Shown one piece after another: positions 1-9,738 of a stretch of DNA of 64,000 nt. Below the pieces are notes generated by a model, which had not been told where the DNA came from, searched no databases, and saw nothing but the letters and a program-made list of their open reading frames with translations. Both the position numbers and the translations under genes were made by a program. Each line of letters opens with the position of its first letter. Within the stretch, counting starts at the first letter, position 1. Source of the DNA: an uncultured bacterium (GTDB taxonomy: Bacteria > Arandabacterota > Arandabacteria > Arandabacterales > Arandabacteraceae); assembly GCA_964356335.1 (NCBI GenBank), contig CAYHHI010000004.1, positions 36,699-100,698 of the forward strand, written 5' to 3'.

Positions 1-1051
1 CATCGGTCCACCACCACACGCGAGCAGGCTCATGGGAGACAAGGCAAGGGCCAGAGAAACCATGAAGAAACTCGGCCTTGATCCGATCCCCGGCTCCGAG
101 GGAACGCTCAAGAGCGCCGACGAAGCAGGCGAGGTGGCCTCGAAGATCGGTTACCCGGTGCTTCTTAAAGCGACAGCAGGAGGAGGAGGCAAGGGGATGC
201 GCGTGGCGAGGGAAGCCGGCGACCTCAAACATGCCTACGATGAGGCCTCGCTTGAAGCTGAGAAGGCCTTCGGGAATCCTTCGCTCTACCTGGAGAAGTT
301 CATCACGCGAGGCCGGCACATCGAGTTCCAGGTCCTTGCCGATGTTTTCGGCAATGCGGTCTATCTTGGCGAGCGGGAGTGCTCAATCCAGAGAAGTCAC
401 CAGAAGTTGATCGAAGAATCGCCGTCGCCTGTGATCACTGAGGACGTCCGGAGGGAATACGGGACCAAGGTGGCGAAAGCCGTCGCCGCGATCGGCTATG
501 TCAATGCAGGCACGATTGAGTTCCTGAGGGACGAAGACGGCAATCTCTACTTCATGGAAGTAAACGCAAGGCTCCAGGTGGAACACCCTGTGACCGAGAT
601 GGTAACCGGCTTTGACATCGTTAAAGAGCAGTTGAGAATTGCCGCAAACTGCCCCTTGAGCATAAAGCAGGAAGACGTCGAGCTCAGAGGCCACGCGATT
701 GAAACCAGGATAAATGCGGAGGATCCTGCGCGTGATTTTAGGCCGGACCCCGGGATGATCACTGCCTTCGAACCTCCCTCCTTCGATTCCGTGCGTGTCG
801 ACACGCACATAAGGCCCGGTTATGCGATCCCTCCCTTCTATGACTCGCTGATCTGTAAGCTGATAGGGCATGCGAACGACAGGAACGCAGCCATCGATAC
901 CGTCACGAGAGCACTCAAGAGTTTCCGAATAGAGGGCGTGAAGACAACGATCCCGCTCCATATCGAGATTCTGTCCACACCGGAATTCAGGCAAGGCAAT
1001 TACAGTACGAGCTTCGTGCAGGAGCTTTTGGCCAGAAGAACCGGCCAATAA
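1..1051 (+). CDS. biotin carboxylase (ATP-grasp subunit of a biotin-dependent acyl-CoA carboxylase); 5'-truncated by window edge
   Basis: Frame is open from nt 2 with no upstream stop, and about 110 N-terminal residues are missing. It carries ATP-grasp and biotin-carboxylase C-terminal motifs (GYPVLLKATAGGGGKGMRV, EVNARLQVEHPVTEMVTG). Carboxyltransferase and BCCP genes lie immediately downstream. Confidence 0.85.
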   Translation, partial: IGPPPHASRLMGDKARARETMKKLGLDPIPGSEGTLKSADEAGEVASKIGYPVLLKATAGGGGKGMRVAREAGDLKHAYDEASLEAEKAFGNPSLYLEKFITRGRHIEFQVLADVFGNAVYLGERECSIQRSHQKLIEESPSPVITEDVRREYGTKVAKAVAAIGYVNAGTIEFLRDEDGNLYFMEVNARLQVEHPVTEMVTGFDIVKEQLRIAANCPLSIKQEDVELRGHAIETRINAEDPARDFRPDPGMITAFEPPSFDSVRVDTHIRPGYAIPPFYDSLICKLIGHANDRNAAIDTVTRALKSFRIEGVKTTIPLHIEILSTPEFRQGNYSTSFVQELLARRTGQ

Positions 1052-1065
1052 GGAGATGAGGCATC

Positions 1066-2799
1066 ATGGCTAAAGTATTGCTCCAACCCATCGGCTCTTC
1101 ACTCGAGACCTTCATGAAGTCGGAAGCCTGCCGAGCCAATGCGGAAGCCATGGAAAAGATTGAGAGAGAGTTGCTTGCGAAGCGGGACGAGGTAAGGGCC
1201 GGTTGGGGAGATGAATACGTCGAGCGTGTGCACAAGAAAGGCAAGCTCACAACGTGGGAGCGCCTTGAGATCCTGAAGGACCCTGGAACCGAGGTGTTCC
1301 CTGTCGGAACCTTCGTCAATTATGGCCAGGAATTCGGTGAAGGCAACGACAAGAAGAAAAGCCCCGGGGCCGGCGTTGTCACGGCATTCGTGCGCGTGGA
1401 AGGCCGCTACACGATGGTCATCGCCAATGACAACACGGTGGCATCGGGTGCATGGTGGCCTCAGACACCTGAGAAGATAGAACGAGCTCAGCACATAGCC
1501 TTGAGGCTCCGGATTCCCGTGGTCTACCTCGTTGATTGCAGCGGCCTCTATCTGCCCGAACAAAGCAGGTCTTTCCCTGGACCCACGGGGGCAGGCTTCA
1601 TCTTCAAGATGAATAGTCTCTTGAGCGCCAACGGCGTCCCTCAGATTGCTGCGGTCTTCGGCGACTGTATTGCAGGCGGCGGCTATATGCCGATAATAAG
1701 CGACCGCGTTTACATGACCGAGCAGGCCTATATGGTGATCGCAGGGGCGGCCCTCATAAAGGGGGGCAAATCCCAGAACATAACCTCGCTCACCATAGGC
1801 GGCCCCGACATCCACGTCCATCTGTCGAATTGTGCGGATTTCAGAGGTCCGGATGACATATCTGTGCTGAAGATGATCCGGAAGGATGTGTCGCTCCTTC
1901 CTACGACAGGCGTCGAGTATTACAAGTATGATGGCGACACCAACGACCCCCTATATGACAGCCGCGAGCTCAAATGCATCTTCCCTTCCGACTACCGGAT
2001 GTCTTACGACACCAAGCAGGTGATCGCGCGAGTCGCTGACTCAAGCCTCTTCTGGGAACTCCTGCCGGGCAAAGGCGAGGAGATGATAATCGGGATTGCG
2101 AAGATTGGAGGCCTGTACGTCGGCATCATTGCCAACAACCAATTCTTGATTGGCCATCCTGAGTATCCCGACCAGAAGCGGCCTGGCGGCATCCTTTATC
2201 GCGAAGGCATCGCCAAGATCTCGCAGTTCTCACGGGCATGCAACGACGACGGCATCCCGATCGTCTGGCTTCAGGACATATCAGGCTTCGACATTGGTGC
2301 TGAGGCCGAGAAGGAAGGCCTTCTGGGATTCGGCTCCAACTTGATTTACACCAATTCGACTAACGCCGTGCCGATGATCACGGTGCTCCTGAGGAAATCA
2401 TCGGGCGCAGGCTACTACGCGATGGCAAGTAGTGCCTACGACCCGGTGGTTCAGCTTTCGACTCCGATCACAAGGCTCGCCGTGATGGAAGGGCGCACCC
2501 TGGCAATCGGTGCCTTCCGGACCAGGCTCGACGACAACTTCGAGATCATCGAGACAAACGAAGACGAAATCAAGAAGATCAAGCGAGGCATGCAGGAAGT
2601 CGAAGACAGGATAACGCGGGATATGGATCCTGTGAAGTCGGCGTCGATAAGGGACACCGACGAAGTTATCCTGATGCATGAGATAAGGCCGTATCTCAGA
2701 GCCATGGTTGAAATGTGCTACCAGGCAACCGGCTATCGCCGGATCAAGAACCCGAGAATATGGTCGATGCACGACCTCAACGTGTTGACGGATATTTGA
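1066..2799 (+). CDS. acyl-CoA carboxylase carboxyltransferase subunit (propionyl-/methylcrotonyl-CoA carboxylase beta-like)
   Basis: 577 aa. It has the carboxyl-transferase N-terminal signature [21 protein letters not shown] and oxyanion-type Gly motifs ([17 protein letters not shown]). It lies 15 nt after the biotin carboxylase. Confidence 0.85.
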   Translation: MAKVLLQPIGSSLETFMKSEACRANAEAMEKIERELLAKRDEVRAGWGDEYVERVHKKGKLTTWERLEILKDPGTEVFPVGTFVNYGQEFGEGNDKKKSPGAGVVTAFVRVEGRYTMVIANDNTVASGAWWPQTPEKIERAQHIALRLRIPVVYLVDCSGLYLPEQSRSFPGPTGAGFIFKMNSLLSANGVPQIAAVFGDCIAGGGYMPIISDRVYMTEQAYMVIAGAALIKGGKSQNITSLTIGGPDIHVHLSNCADFRGPDDISVLKMIRKDVSLLPTTGVEYYKYDGDTNDPLYDSRELKCIFPSDYRMSYDTKQVIARVADSSLFWELLPGKGEEMIIGIAKIGGLYVGIIANNQFLIGHPEYPDQKRPGGILYREGIAKISQFSRACNDDGIPIVWLQDISGFDIGAEAEKEGLLGFGSNLIYTNSTNAVPMITVLLRKSSGAGYYAMASSAYDPVVQLSTPITRLAVMEGRTLAIGAFRTRLDDNFEIIETNEDEIKKIKRGMQEVEDRITRDMDPVKSASIRDTDEVILMHEIRPYLRAMVEMCYQATGYRRIKNPRIWSMHDLNVLTDI

Positions 2800-2906
2800 G
2801 TGAGGCCGATCGCCAGACACATTAGGGATGCAAGTTGGAACGGCAGGCGGCCTCTCCGGACGGGGATCGAAAATGCCTAATCTGAAGGTTGGAGCCAGGG
2901 TGCGGT

Positions 2907-3548
2907 ATGGCAGGTAAAGATACAGACCTCGTGAGGTTGATTGGGGAACCCAAGACTTGCCTCGTCAGAGAGAGCACCGACCACAAAGGTGTCTATGAAG
3001 TCCTCTCCCCTGCCGTCGGCCTCTTCGACATGCCCCCTGCGGTCGGAACTTTTGTCCGCCCCGGATCTTTCGTCGGCTACCTCACCGTGATGAGGCGCTA
3101 TTACCATCTCATGATACCCGAGGGGCATCACGGTGTCGTGACCCATCTTCATCTTACCATGAGGAAGCAGCGCGTGGAATTCGGCCAACCGCTCTTTACG
3201 GTGAGCCCGGATGCCATGTCGGGCCTTGCGCTTGGACCAGAAAAAGCAGATGCTGCGTCCGTTGCCATGGACGATGGGATTCCTGAGGGCGCGTTCGGGA
3301 TCAAGTCTCCTACTGACGGGATCTTCTACCTGCGAGCCAATCCTCAATCGCCGGCATATGTCGAAGAAGGGGCGCTTGTGACGCAAGGTACGGTGCTGGC
3401 GCTGGTTGAAGTGATGAAGTGTTTCAACCCGATTGTCTATCCCGGCGAGCCTGAATTCCCGCCCCAAGCCCGAATTGCCAGGATCGTTTCCAAACACGCC
3501 ACCGAAGTCAAACACGGGGCGTTGCTCTTTGTTGTGGAGACGGCCTGA
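2907..3548 (+). CDS. biotin carboxyl carrier protein-like with tandem biotinyl/lipoyl-type domains
   Basis: The C-terminal domain has the biotinylation-type motif LVEVMKCFNPI (canonical E-A-M-K-M, with Lys present). The N-terminal half looks like a degenerate second biotinyl domain without the Lys (LTVMRRYYHL). The annotated start is the ATG at 2907 rather than the TTG at 2889. Confidence 0.6.
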   Translation: MAGKDTDLVRLIGEPKTCLVRESTDHKGVYEVLSPAVGLFDMPPAVGTFVRPGSFVGYLTVMRRYYHLMIPEGHHGVVTHLHLTMRKQRVEFGQPLFTVSPDAMSGLALGPEKADAASVAMDDGIPEGAFGIKSPTDGIFYLRANPQSPAYVEEGALVTQGTVLALVEVMKCFNPIVYPGEPEFPPQARIARIVSKHATEVKHGALLFVVETA

Positions 3549-3613
3549 TGCGTGAGAGCCTGGGAAATCTCTAACTTAGGCTGGACACGTGGACGATTTA
3601 AGGAGATGGAAAA

Positions 3614-4948
3614 ATGAACAGAACTATTGAGGACATCTTAAATCCTGAGAAATTCTCCGTAGAAGAGATAATTGCGCTGGAGAAAAGATATATGGCGCCG
3701 TGTATCGGCCATTATTATAAGGAGCCATTGTTCATCGCACACGGCAAAGGCGCACTGCTTTATGACAATAAAGGGAAAGAATACATAGACCTGTTCGCAG
3801 GCATCTGTACCGCTCTTGCAGGTCATTGCCATCCTGTCCAGGTCGACGCAATAAAGCGCCAGGTGGAAAAGCTCATGCATACCAGCACCTTGTATCCGAC
3901 CCTGCCGATGGCGCTGTTCGCAGAAAAGTTGATCTCTATCTGTCCCTCCCACCTGACAAAGTGTTTCTTCACCAACAGCGGGTCTGAGGCAAATGAAGCT
4001 GTCTTGCACATGATGAAGAAGTTTACTGGGGCATTCAATATTCTGTCATTGAACGGGTCGTTCCATGGCAGGACCTTGATGGCGATGAGCTTGACCAATC
4101 AAGGCACCTGGCGGCAGAATGTGCCATACGCCGCAGGAACAATCGGAGTGCCGCCGGCATATTGTTATAGATGCGATTTCGGTCAGAAGTATCCCGGCTG
4201 TGATATGGAATGTGCACGCTATGTGGAGAAGGCAATTCGATGCCAAACTCCAAATCGTATTGCGGGCATGATAGTGGAGCCGATCCAGGGAAATGGCGGC
4301 GTGGTGGACCCACCAAAAGAGTATTTCCCAATGGTGTATGAGACCGTCAAGAAATACGGCGGCCTGTTCATATGTGATGAGATCCAGACGGGGTTTGGAA
4401 GGACGGGCAAGATGTGGGGCATCGAGAATTGGGGTGTATCGCCGGATGTGATGACAATGGCCAAAGGTATAGGCTCGGGACATCCTATAGGCGCATTCGT
4501 CGCAACCGACGAGGTCGTAAGCTGCTTGCAGGTCAAAGACCTGTTCTCTACGTTTGGGGGCAATCCTGTGGCAAGCGTTGCAGGATTTGCCAACATTGAG
4601 ATATTGGTCAAAGAGAGATTTCCGGCCAGAGCTCTAGATCTTGGTGGGTATTTCAAGAAAGGGCTGGAAGATCTGATGGATAAGCACAAGTTCCTGGGCG
4701 ATGTCCGTGGAAAGGGCTTGATGCTGGGAATAGAAGTGGTCAAGGATAAGAAGACCAAAGAACCAGGCGTGGGAGAGACACAGACCATCCTGAATGAGGC
4801 CAAGGACAGAGGCGTATTGCTTGGTGCAGGCGGCCTGGACGGAAATGTAGTCAGGATAAAGCCGCCGATCGTGCTTACCAAAGACCAGATCGACAAGAGC
4901 CTTGAAGTGATAGACAAATCGTTCTCCGTTGCAGAAGGTGAAAAGTAA
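3614..4948 (+). CDS. class-III pyridoxal-phosphate aminotransferase (GABA/acetylornithine aminotransferase-like)
   Basis: 444 aa. It has the DEIQTGFGRTGKMWG and TMAKGIGSG (PLP-Lys) motifs. AAGGAG sits 9 nt upstream of the ATG. Confidence 0.85.
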   Translation: MNRTIEDILNPEKFSVEEIIALEKRYMAPCIGHYYKEPLFIAHGKGALLYDNKGKEYIDLFAGICTALAGHCHPVQVDAIKRQVEKLMHTSTLYPTLPMALFAEKLISICPSHLTKCFFTNSGSEANEAVLHMMKKFTGAFNILSLNGSFHGRTLMAMSLTNQGTWRQNVPYAAGTIGVPPAYCYRCDFGQKYPGCDMECARYVEKAIRCQTPNRIAGMIVEPIQGNGGVVDPPKEYFPMVYETVKKYGGLFICDEIQTGFGRTGKMWGIENWGVSPDVMTMAKGIGSGHPIGAFVATDEVVSCLQVKDLFSTFGGNPVASVAGFANIEILVKERFPARALDLGGYFKKGLEDLMDKHKFLGDVRGKGLMLGIEVVKDKKTKEPGVGETQTILNEAKDRGVLLGAGGLDGNVVRIKPPIVLTKDQIDKSLEVIDKSFSVAEGEK

Positions 4949-4973
4949 GAAAGCGCAGCAGGTGGGCGCAATT

Positions 4974-6392
4974 ATGGCTGACGTGAATATGGAAGAAGCC
5001 ACACAGATGATCCGCACAATGGTGAGAAAAGCCCGAGCAGCACAGGAGATCTTTGAGACCTACACCCAAGACGAGGTCGATGAGGTCGTAATGGCTATTG
5101 GCTGGGCAGTCTTTAAGAAGGAAAATGGGGAGTACCTGGCAGAACTGGAATGCCAGGAGACGGGCATGGGTAATATCGAAGATAAAGCCCTAAAGAATTA
5201 CCATCGCACTAAGGGCGCAGTGTACGATCTCATGGGCAAAAAATCGGTCGGCATCCTGGATGTGAATGTGGAGCCCGGTGTTACCCGGATCGCAAAACCC
5301 ATAGGTGTCATCGGCGCTCTTACTCCATGTACCAATGCGGCGGCAGGGACAGTTGGAAATGCTTTGATGATCTGCAAATGCCGTAACGCAGTCATATTCG
5401 CACCCAATCCACGCTCGAAGAAGACATCGGACGAGACCATACGCCTGATCAGGGAGCAATTGAAGCATGTAAGTGCACCGGTTGATATAATCCAGGGTAT
5501 CAGCGATCCCACGAAGGAAATATCTCAGGAACTGATGCGGCAAGTGGATTGCATCGTTGCAACGGGCGGCCAGGGCATGGTCAAAGCTGCGTACTCCAGC
5601 GGTAAGCCCAGCTTCGGTGTGGGCATCGGCAATGCAGTGGTCATCATTGATGAGACCGCAGATGTTGCTGATGCTGCTGAAAAGGTCAAGATGGGTAAGG
5701 TCTTCGACTACGCGAGCAGCTGCTCATCCGAGAACTCGGTCATCATTCAAGAGAGTGTATACGATCAATTGATCTCAGAACTTGAGAAGCGTGGCGGGTA
5801 TCTTGTGGACGCGCAGGAAAAAGAGCAGTTGCGGAACGCCATGTGGGAAGACGGTGCATTGACAATTAAGATAATCTGCAAACCCCCACAGGAGATCGCC
5901 AATGCCGCAGGGCTCACATCCGAAGGCGCAAAGAAAGCAAAGTTCTTCATTGTTCCGGAAACAGGGTTCGGTTCTGAGTATCCGTTCTCCGGCGAAAAAA
6001 TATCTGTTGTTCTGACCGCCTATAAATACAGGGATTTCGATGATGCCATTAAGCTTGTCAATAGCATAACTACCTACCAGGGACGAGGGCACTCCTGCGG
6101 TATCCATTCCAAGAACGAAGAGCACATCCTGAAACTGGCAGGTTCTGTCCGTTTATGCAGGGTGTTGGTCAACCAGGCCCAAGCATATGGCAACTCTGGG
6201 AATTTCAATGTCGGTCTGCCATTCACTGCGACACTTGGTTGCGGTACTTGGGGCAACAATTCCGTGAGCGAGAATCTTACCTATAAACATATGATGAACA
6301 TAACCAGGCTTGCCAGGCCCATAGAAAACCCGAAGATACCGACCGATGAAGAGGTCTTCGGGGCGTTCTGGAAGAAATGGGGTAAGGCTTAG
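4974..6392 (+). CDS. CoA-acylating aldehyde dehydrogenase (EutE/PduP/SucD-like)
   Basis: It shows ALDH-superfamily architecture with the catalytic Cys context FDYASSCSSENSVI and Gly-rich ATGGQGMVKAAYSSGKPSFGVGIGN. The ATG at 4974 has AGGTGGG 8 nt upstream, and the longer ORF from 4929 would overlap the aminotransferase. Confidence 0.7.
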   Translation: MADVNMEEATQMIRTMVRKARAAQEIFETYTQDEVDEVVMAIGWAVFKKENGEYLAELECQETGMGNIEDKALKNYHRTKGAVYDLMGKKSVGILDVNVEPGVTRIAKPIGVIGALTPCTNAAAGTVGNALMICKCRNAVIFAPNPRSKKTSDETIRLIREQLKHVSAPVDIIQGISDPTKEISQELMRQVDCIVATGGQGMVKAAYSSGKPSFGVGIGNAVVIIDETADVADAAEKVKMGKVFDYASSCSSENSVIIQESVYDQLISELEKRGGYLVDAQEKEQLRNAMWEDGALTIKIICKPPQEIANAAGLTSEGAKKAKFFIVPETGFGSEYPFSGEKISVVLTAYKYRDFDDAIKLVNSITTYQGRGHSCGIHSKNEEHILKLAGSVRLCRVLVNQAQAYGNSGNFNVGLPFTATLGCGTWGNNSVSENLTYKHMMNITRLARPIENPKIPTDEEVFGAFWKKWGKA

Positions 6393-6440
6393 AAAACCGC
6401 CTGCAGTCTAATCCTCTCGTACCTTCGAAGATCCGAGTCT

Positions 6441-7385
6441 CTACTTGAAGGTCTGAATCAGGCGCGAGACGTCCGGGACCTCGGGCCGGGTTGCAAGCAC
6501 CTTGCCCCGAAGAACGCGTTGGTCGAAAGTCGGCTTCTCAACTCGATAGAAGATCCCGATTGGGATTCGCTCGCCCTCGCCGTAGTTCCACTCCTTGGCT
6601 TTGAGGTGGGCGGCGTCCAGGCTGGAGGTGTCGTGCCCTTCGAGATCGTACACGCGGCTGTTATAGAACTGGTAGGTGTTGTAGAAGGTGAAGCAGGGCT
6701 GAAGCACATCGATGAAGGAGAAGCCCTTGTGCTTCACGGCTTGCACGATCAGATCGGCGAGCTCCTTGGCCTTGACCGAATAGCCCCTTGCGACGAAGGT
6801 CGCACCCGCCGATAGCATGAGTTCGATCGGATTCAGAGGTTCCTCGAAACTTCCTCTCGGTGTTGACCTGCCCGGAAAACCTAGAGGGCTCGTCGGTGTT
6901 GCCTGTCCAGTAGTCAGGCCATATACACGATTGTTGTGGACGATCATGGTGACATCTATATTGCGCTTGGCCGACATTATAAGATGGGCAAGCCCCTCGC
7001 CATAGGCGTCGCCATCGCCCGCATGTCCGATCACGGTGAGATTCCGGTTGGCGAGCTTTATCCCCGTGACCGTGGGGGGAACTCTCCCGTGAATCGAGTA
7101 GAAGGTGTTGACATTCACATAATCCACTATCTTGGCGTGGCAGCCAATGCCTGAGGCCAAGACGAGGCTTTCGGGGGGAAGCCCGCCGGCCACGAGCGAT
7201 TTGATGGCCTCATTGACTGCGGAAAGGATTCCAAAGTTACCACAGCCCTTGCACCAGGTGTTCTCGGCGTAAGTCCCGAGGTTCATCTGGTTCTGGGAGT
7301 TCGGTCGGTCAGCCGGAGCCGGCCCGCCGGGCTCGTTTGACGAATTCGCCCGGTTCGACTGATTCGCTTGGTTCGCAGTACTCAT
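6441..7385 (-). CDS. korB: 2-oxoacid:ferredoxin oxidoreductase beta subunit (TPP-binding, KorB/VorB-like)
   Basis: It has the WCKGCGNFG N-terminal motif and the TPP motif GHAGDGDAYGEG. Its ATG overlaps the korA stop (ATGA). It has an unusual Asn/Gln/Ser-rich 30-aa N-terminal extension. Confidence 0.8.
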   Translation of the reverse strand: MSTANQANQSNRANSSNEPGGPAPADRPNSQNQMNLGTYAENTWCKGCGNFGILSAVNEAIKSLVAGGLPPESLVLASGIGCHAKIVDYVNVNTFYSIHGRVPPTVTGIKLANRNLTVIGHAGDGDAYGEGLAHLIMSAKRNIDVTMIVHNNRVYGLTTGQATPTSPLGFPGRSTPRGSFEEPLNPIELMLSAGATFVARGYSVKAKELADLIVQAVKHKGFSFIDVLQPCFTFYNTYQFYNSRVYDLEGHDTSSLDAAHLKAKEWNYGEGERIPIGIFYRVEKPTFDQRVLRGKVLATRPEVPDVSRLIQTFK

Positions 7386-9034
7386 CTCGCCACCTCCCCC
7401 ACTCGCTTCCGCAGATCATCAATGGTGAACGGCCTCCCATCATATTTCAGGATGGTCTTATGGACCTTGATACCGTGGCAACCCAGTAGTCTCGAAAGGC
7501 AGCCCGTGGCATTATTCTCAACGCCGATGAGCTTCGTCACACCTTCAAGGGCCCGTCCGAGGTGATCCCCGGGGAAGGGTTCGAGTATAACGGGCTGAAC
7601 CACGCGCAGGCCAAGATCTTCGCCTATCTCAGTACAGGCTCCCTTGGTTGATCCCCATGTGACAAGCGCCGTCGGAGATTTCTTATCACCATAAACCTTG
7701 ACCGCTTCAACTTTGGCCATGTCTCGCAGGATGTACTCATACTTGCCCAATCTCTTGTCCTGCATCTCCACTGTCTTCTCTGCCTCTTCAGTGGTTATGC
7801 CATACTCGTCATGCTCGTAGCTGTTGCCCTTGACGACGGCTCCCTTCGTACCCGGGAAAGCCAGGGGAGAGACACCACCAGGGGTCCTCTCGTACCTCCT
7901 GTACTGGCCCCTGCCGTCCCACAGGGGGGGGTCTTCCCTTCTGACCTCATCGCCTCTCTTTTCGAAGCTAAAAGTGCTCTCGCTGAGATTCTTATCGGAG
8001 ATCACGAAGGCGGGAATCTGGTATTTCCAGGCCATATTCATGGCGAGTCCCGTGAGATAGAAAGCCTGGTCCGGGTCCCCAGGCGCCACCGCGAATCTCA
8101 CAAACTCGCCGTGACCGGCATTCAGGATGAAGAAGAGATCGCTCTGACACGTATAGGTCGGCAGCCCCGTGCTTGGGCCCGGTCTCTGGCCGACCACGAA
8201 GACCGCAGGAGATTCACTCTGGGCAGCCAGGCTCAGGCCCTCCACCATGAGGGCAAAGCCCCCGCCTGCGGTCCCCACCATGGTCCGTGCGCCGGCATAA
8301 GCCCCCCCAATCGCAGTTATGACCGCGGCGATTTCATTCTCAGGATGATAGGTGACGATGCCCAGCTCCTCCTCGTTCGCCGCAAGGAAGTGAAGAATGC
8401 TCGACGACGGAGTCATGGGATAAGATATGTAGAGATTGAGGCCCGCTCTCACGGCCCCAAGGGCAATCGCCTCGTTGCCACCGATCAGGGGCAGGGACTT
8501 GGATGAAAGCCGCTCAACATGAAGGCGCCCTTCTCCTGCCTGATCGTATGAGGCCTGCGCGATCTTGAGATTCAGATCGGTCTGCTTGGCGACTTCTGCC
8601 CTGATAATAGCCTGGACAGTGTCCCAGGCTATCCCCAGAGCCTTGGCTATCGCGCCGAGGGCAGCCAGGTTCCGCATGATGGGCTTGCCACCTGCCTGCT
8701 TGACCATGCTCGTGAGCGGGAGCCCCAGCCCATCTGCCTTGCAAGCGTCGGAATCATAGATCACAAGCCCACCTGGTTTGAGCCTCCACTTATGCTTCTC
8801 AACAGTGGTTTGATTGAGCGCTACAAGCAGATTGACATCGCTGGTGTGGGCGCCGATCTTGCGGTCGCTTGCCCTTATGATGCTGAAGTTGTGACCACCC
8901 CGAATCAACGAGGGATAGTCATCCCAGAAGTAGATGCGATAGCCAAGCGAACTGAAGAGGTGAGCGATAAGGCTGCCGACCTGTCTTATGCCGTCTCCTG
9001 CCTGTCCACCTATCAGAACCGAGTACTCCGGCAT
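7382..9034 (-). CDS. korA: 2-oxoacid:ferredoxin oxidoreductase alpha subunit (KorA/VorA-like)
   Basis: It has the YSVLIGGQAGDG and GNEAIALGAVRAGLNLYISYPMTPSS motifs. The ATG at 9034 has GGGAGG 5 nt upstream; the track ORF start at 9055 is a TTG inside the SD. Confidence 0.8.
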   Translation of the reverse strand: MPEYSVLIGGQAGDGIRQVGSLIAHLFSSLGYRIYFWDDYPSLIRGGHNFSIIRASDRKIGAHTSDVNLLVALNQTTVEKHKWRLKPGGLVIYDSDACKADGLGLPLTSMVKQAGGKPIMRNLAALGAIAKALGIAWDTVQAIIRAEVAKQTDLNLKIAQASYDQAGEGRLHVERLSSKSLPLIGGNEAIALGAVRAGLNLYISYPMTPSSSILHFLAANEEELGIVTYHPENEIAAVITAIGGAYAGARTMVGTAGGGFALMVEGLSLAAQSESPAVFVVGQRPGPSTGLPTYTCQSDLFFILNAGHGEFVRFAVAPGDPDQAFYLTGLAMNMAWKYQIPAFVISDKNLSESTFSFEKRGDEVRREDPPLWDGRGQYRRYERTPGGVSPLAFPGTKGAVVKGNSYEHDEYGITTEEAEKTVEMQDKRLGKYEYILRDMAKVEAVKVYGDKKSPTALVTWGSTKGACTEIGEDLGLRVVQPVILEPFPGDHLGRALEGVTKLIGVENNATGCLSRLLGCHGIKVHKTILKYDGRPFTIDDLRKRVGEVAR

Positions 9035-9140
9035 CACAGCCTCCCTATTTGGCAACCTGTGCCAAGTGCCATGCCGCCGCCTGGCTCAATCTTTTCAGAC
9101 TCGTCAAGGATTCCTGGCAAGCGCTATCTTCGCGTGCCTG

Positions 9141-9626
9141 CTATATCTTCTCTACTTCAGCAATTATCTCCTTTATATCAGGAACCTGCTTGATCGGATA
9201 GATCTTCTTGAAGCGGACCGTTCCCTTGGGATCAAGCACGAAAACTGCGCGCTCGCTGAAGCCGTCAGCATCTCTGAAGATGCCGAACCTGACAGCGACG
9301 CCACCGTGCAGCCAAAAGTCACTCAAGAGTCGAGTCCTTGTTATTCCCAGGTGCTCTGCCCAGGCCTTCTTGCAGGGAGCGCTGTCAACACTCAGCCCGA
9401 AGGCCACGGCACCGAGCTCCTCAAACTGCGGGGCGCTCGCCTCCAGATCCTTCATCTGCTGAGCGCAGACTGGCGTCCAGGCAAGCGGGTGGAATCCCAG
9501 GACGATCTTCTTCCCTCTCATCTCGCTCAACTTGAGTTCTTTGCCCTGATGATCCCTGAGGGTGAAATCTGGAGCGACCTCGCCAATCTCGATTGCCTCA
9601 CCAATCTTCGTTTCCTTCTCGTCCAT
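9141..9626 (-). CDS. peroxiredoxin (AhpC/TSA family, Bcp/PrxQ-like)
   Basis: It has the peroxidatic Cys motif LGFHPLAWTPVCAQQ. The ATG at 9626 has AAAGGAG 7 nt upstream. Confidence 0.8.
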   Translation of the reverse strand: MDEKETKIGEAIEIGEVAPDFTLRDHQGKELKLSEMRGKKIVLGFHPLAWTPVCAQQMKDLEASAPQFEELGAVAFGLSVDSAPCKKAWAEHLGITRTRLLSDFWLHGGVAVRFGIFRDADGFSERAVFVLDPKGTVRFKKIYPIKQVPDIKEIIAEVEKI

Positions 9627-9738
9627 GCATTTTCTCCTTTCATGATTTAAGGCGCGTGTCAATTAGATGCAGATATCGGTCTAAGCGTTGCAGCCCAGTA
9701 TATCAGTATTGCTTGTCGGATTCAGTTCTAGCTCAATC

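Noticed and set aside
383-1048. 221-aa minus-strand ORF antisense to the biotin carboxylase gene
   Set aside because: It lies entirely inside a well-supported conserved CDS on the other strand. It is Arg/Gly-rich with no motifs. Long antisense ORFs like this are common in GC-rich DNA.
1099-1821. 240-aa minus-strand ORF inside the carboxyltransferase gene
   Set aside because: It is antisense to a conserved enzyme gene and has no recognisable features.
4219-4971. 250-aa minus-strand ORF opposite the first aminotransferase
   Set aside because: It is a Ser/Pro/Thr-rich low-complexity translation antisense to a conserved PLP enzyme.
7811-8506. 231-aa plus-strand ORF inside korA
   Set aside because: It is antisense to KorA, with Arg-rich composition and no start context.
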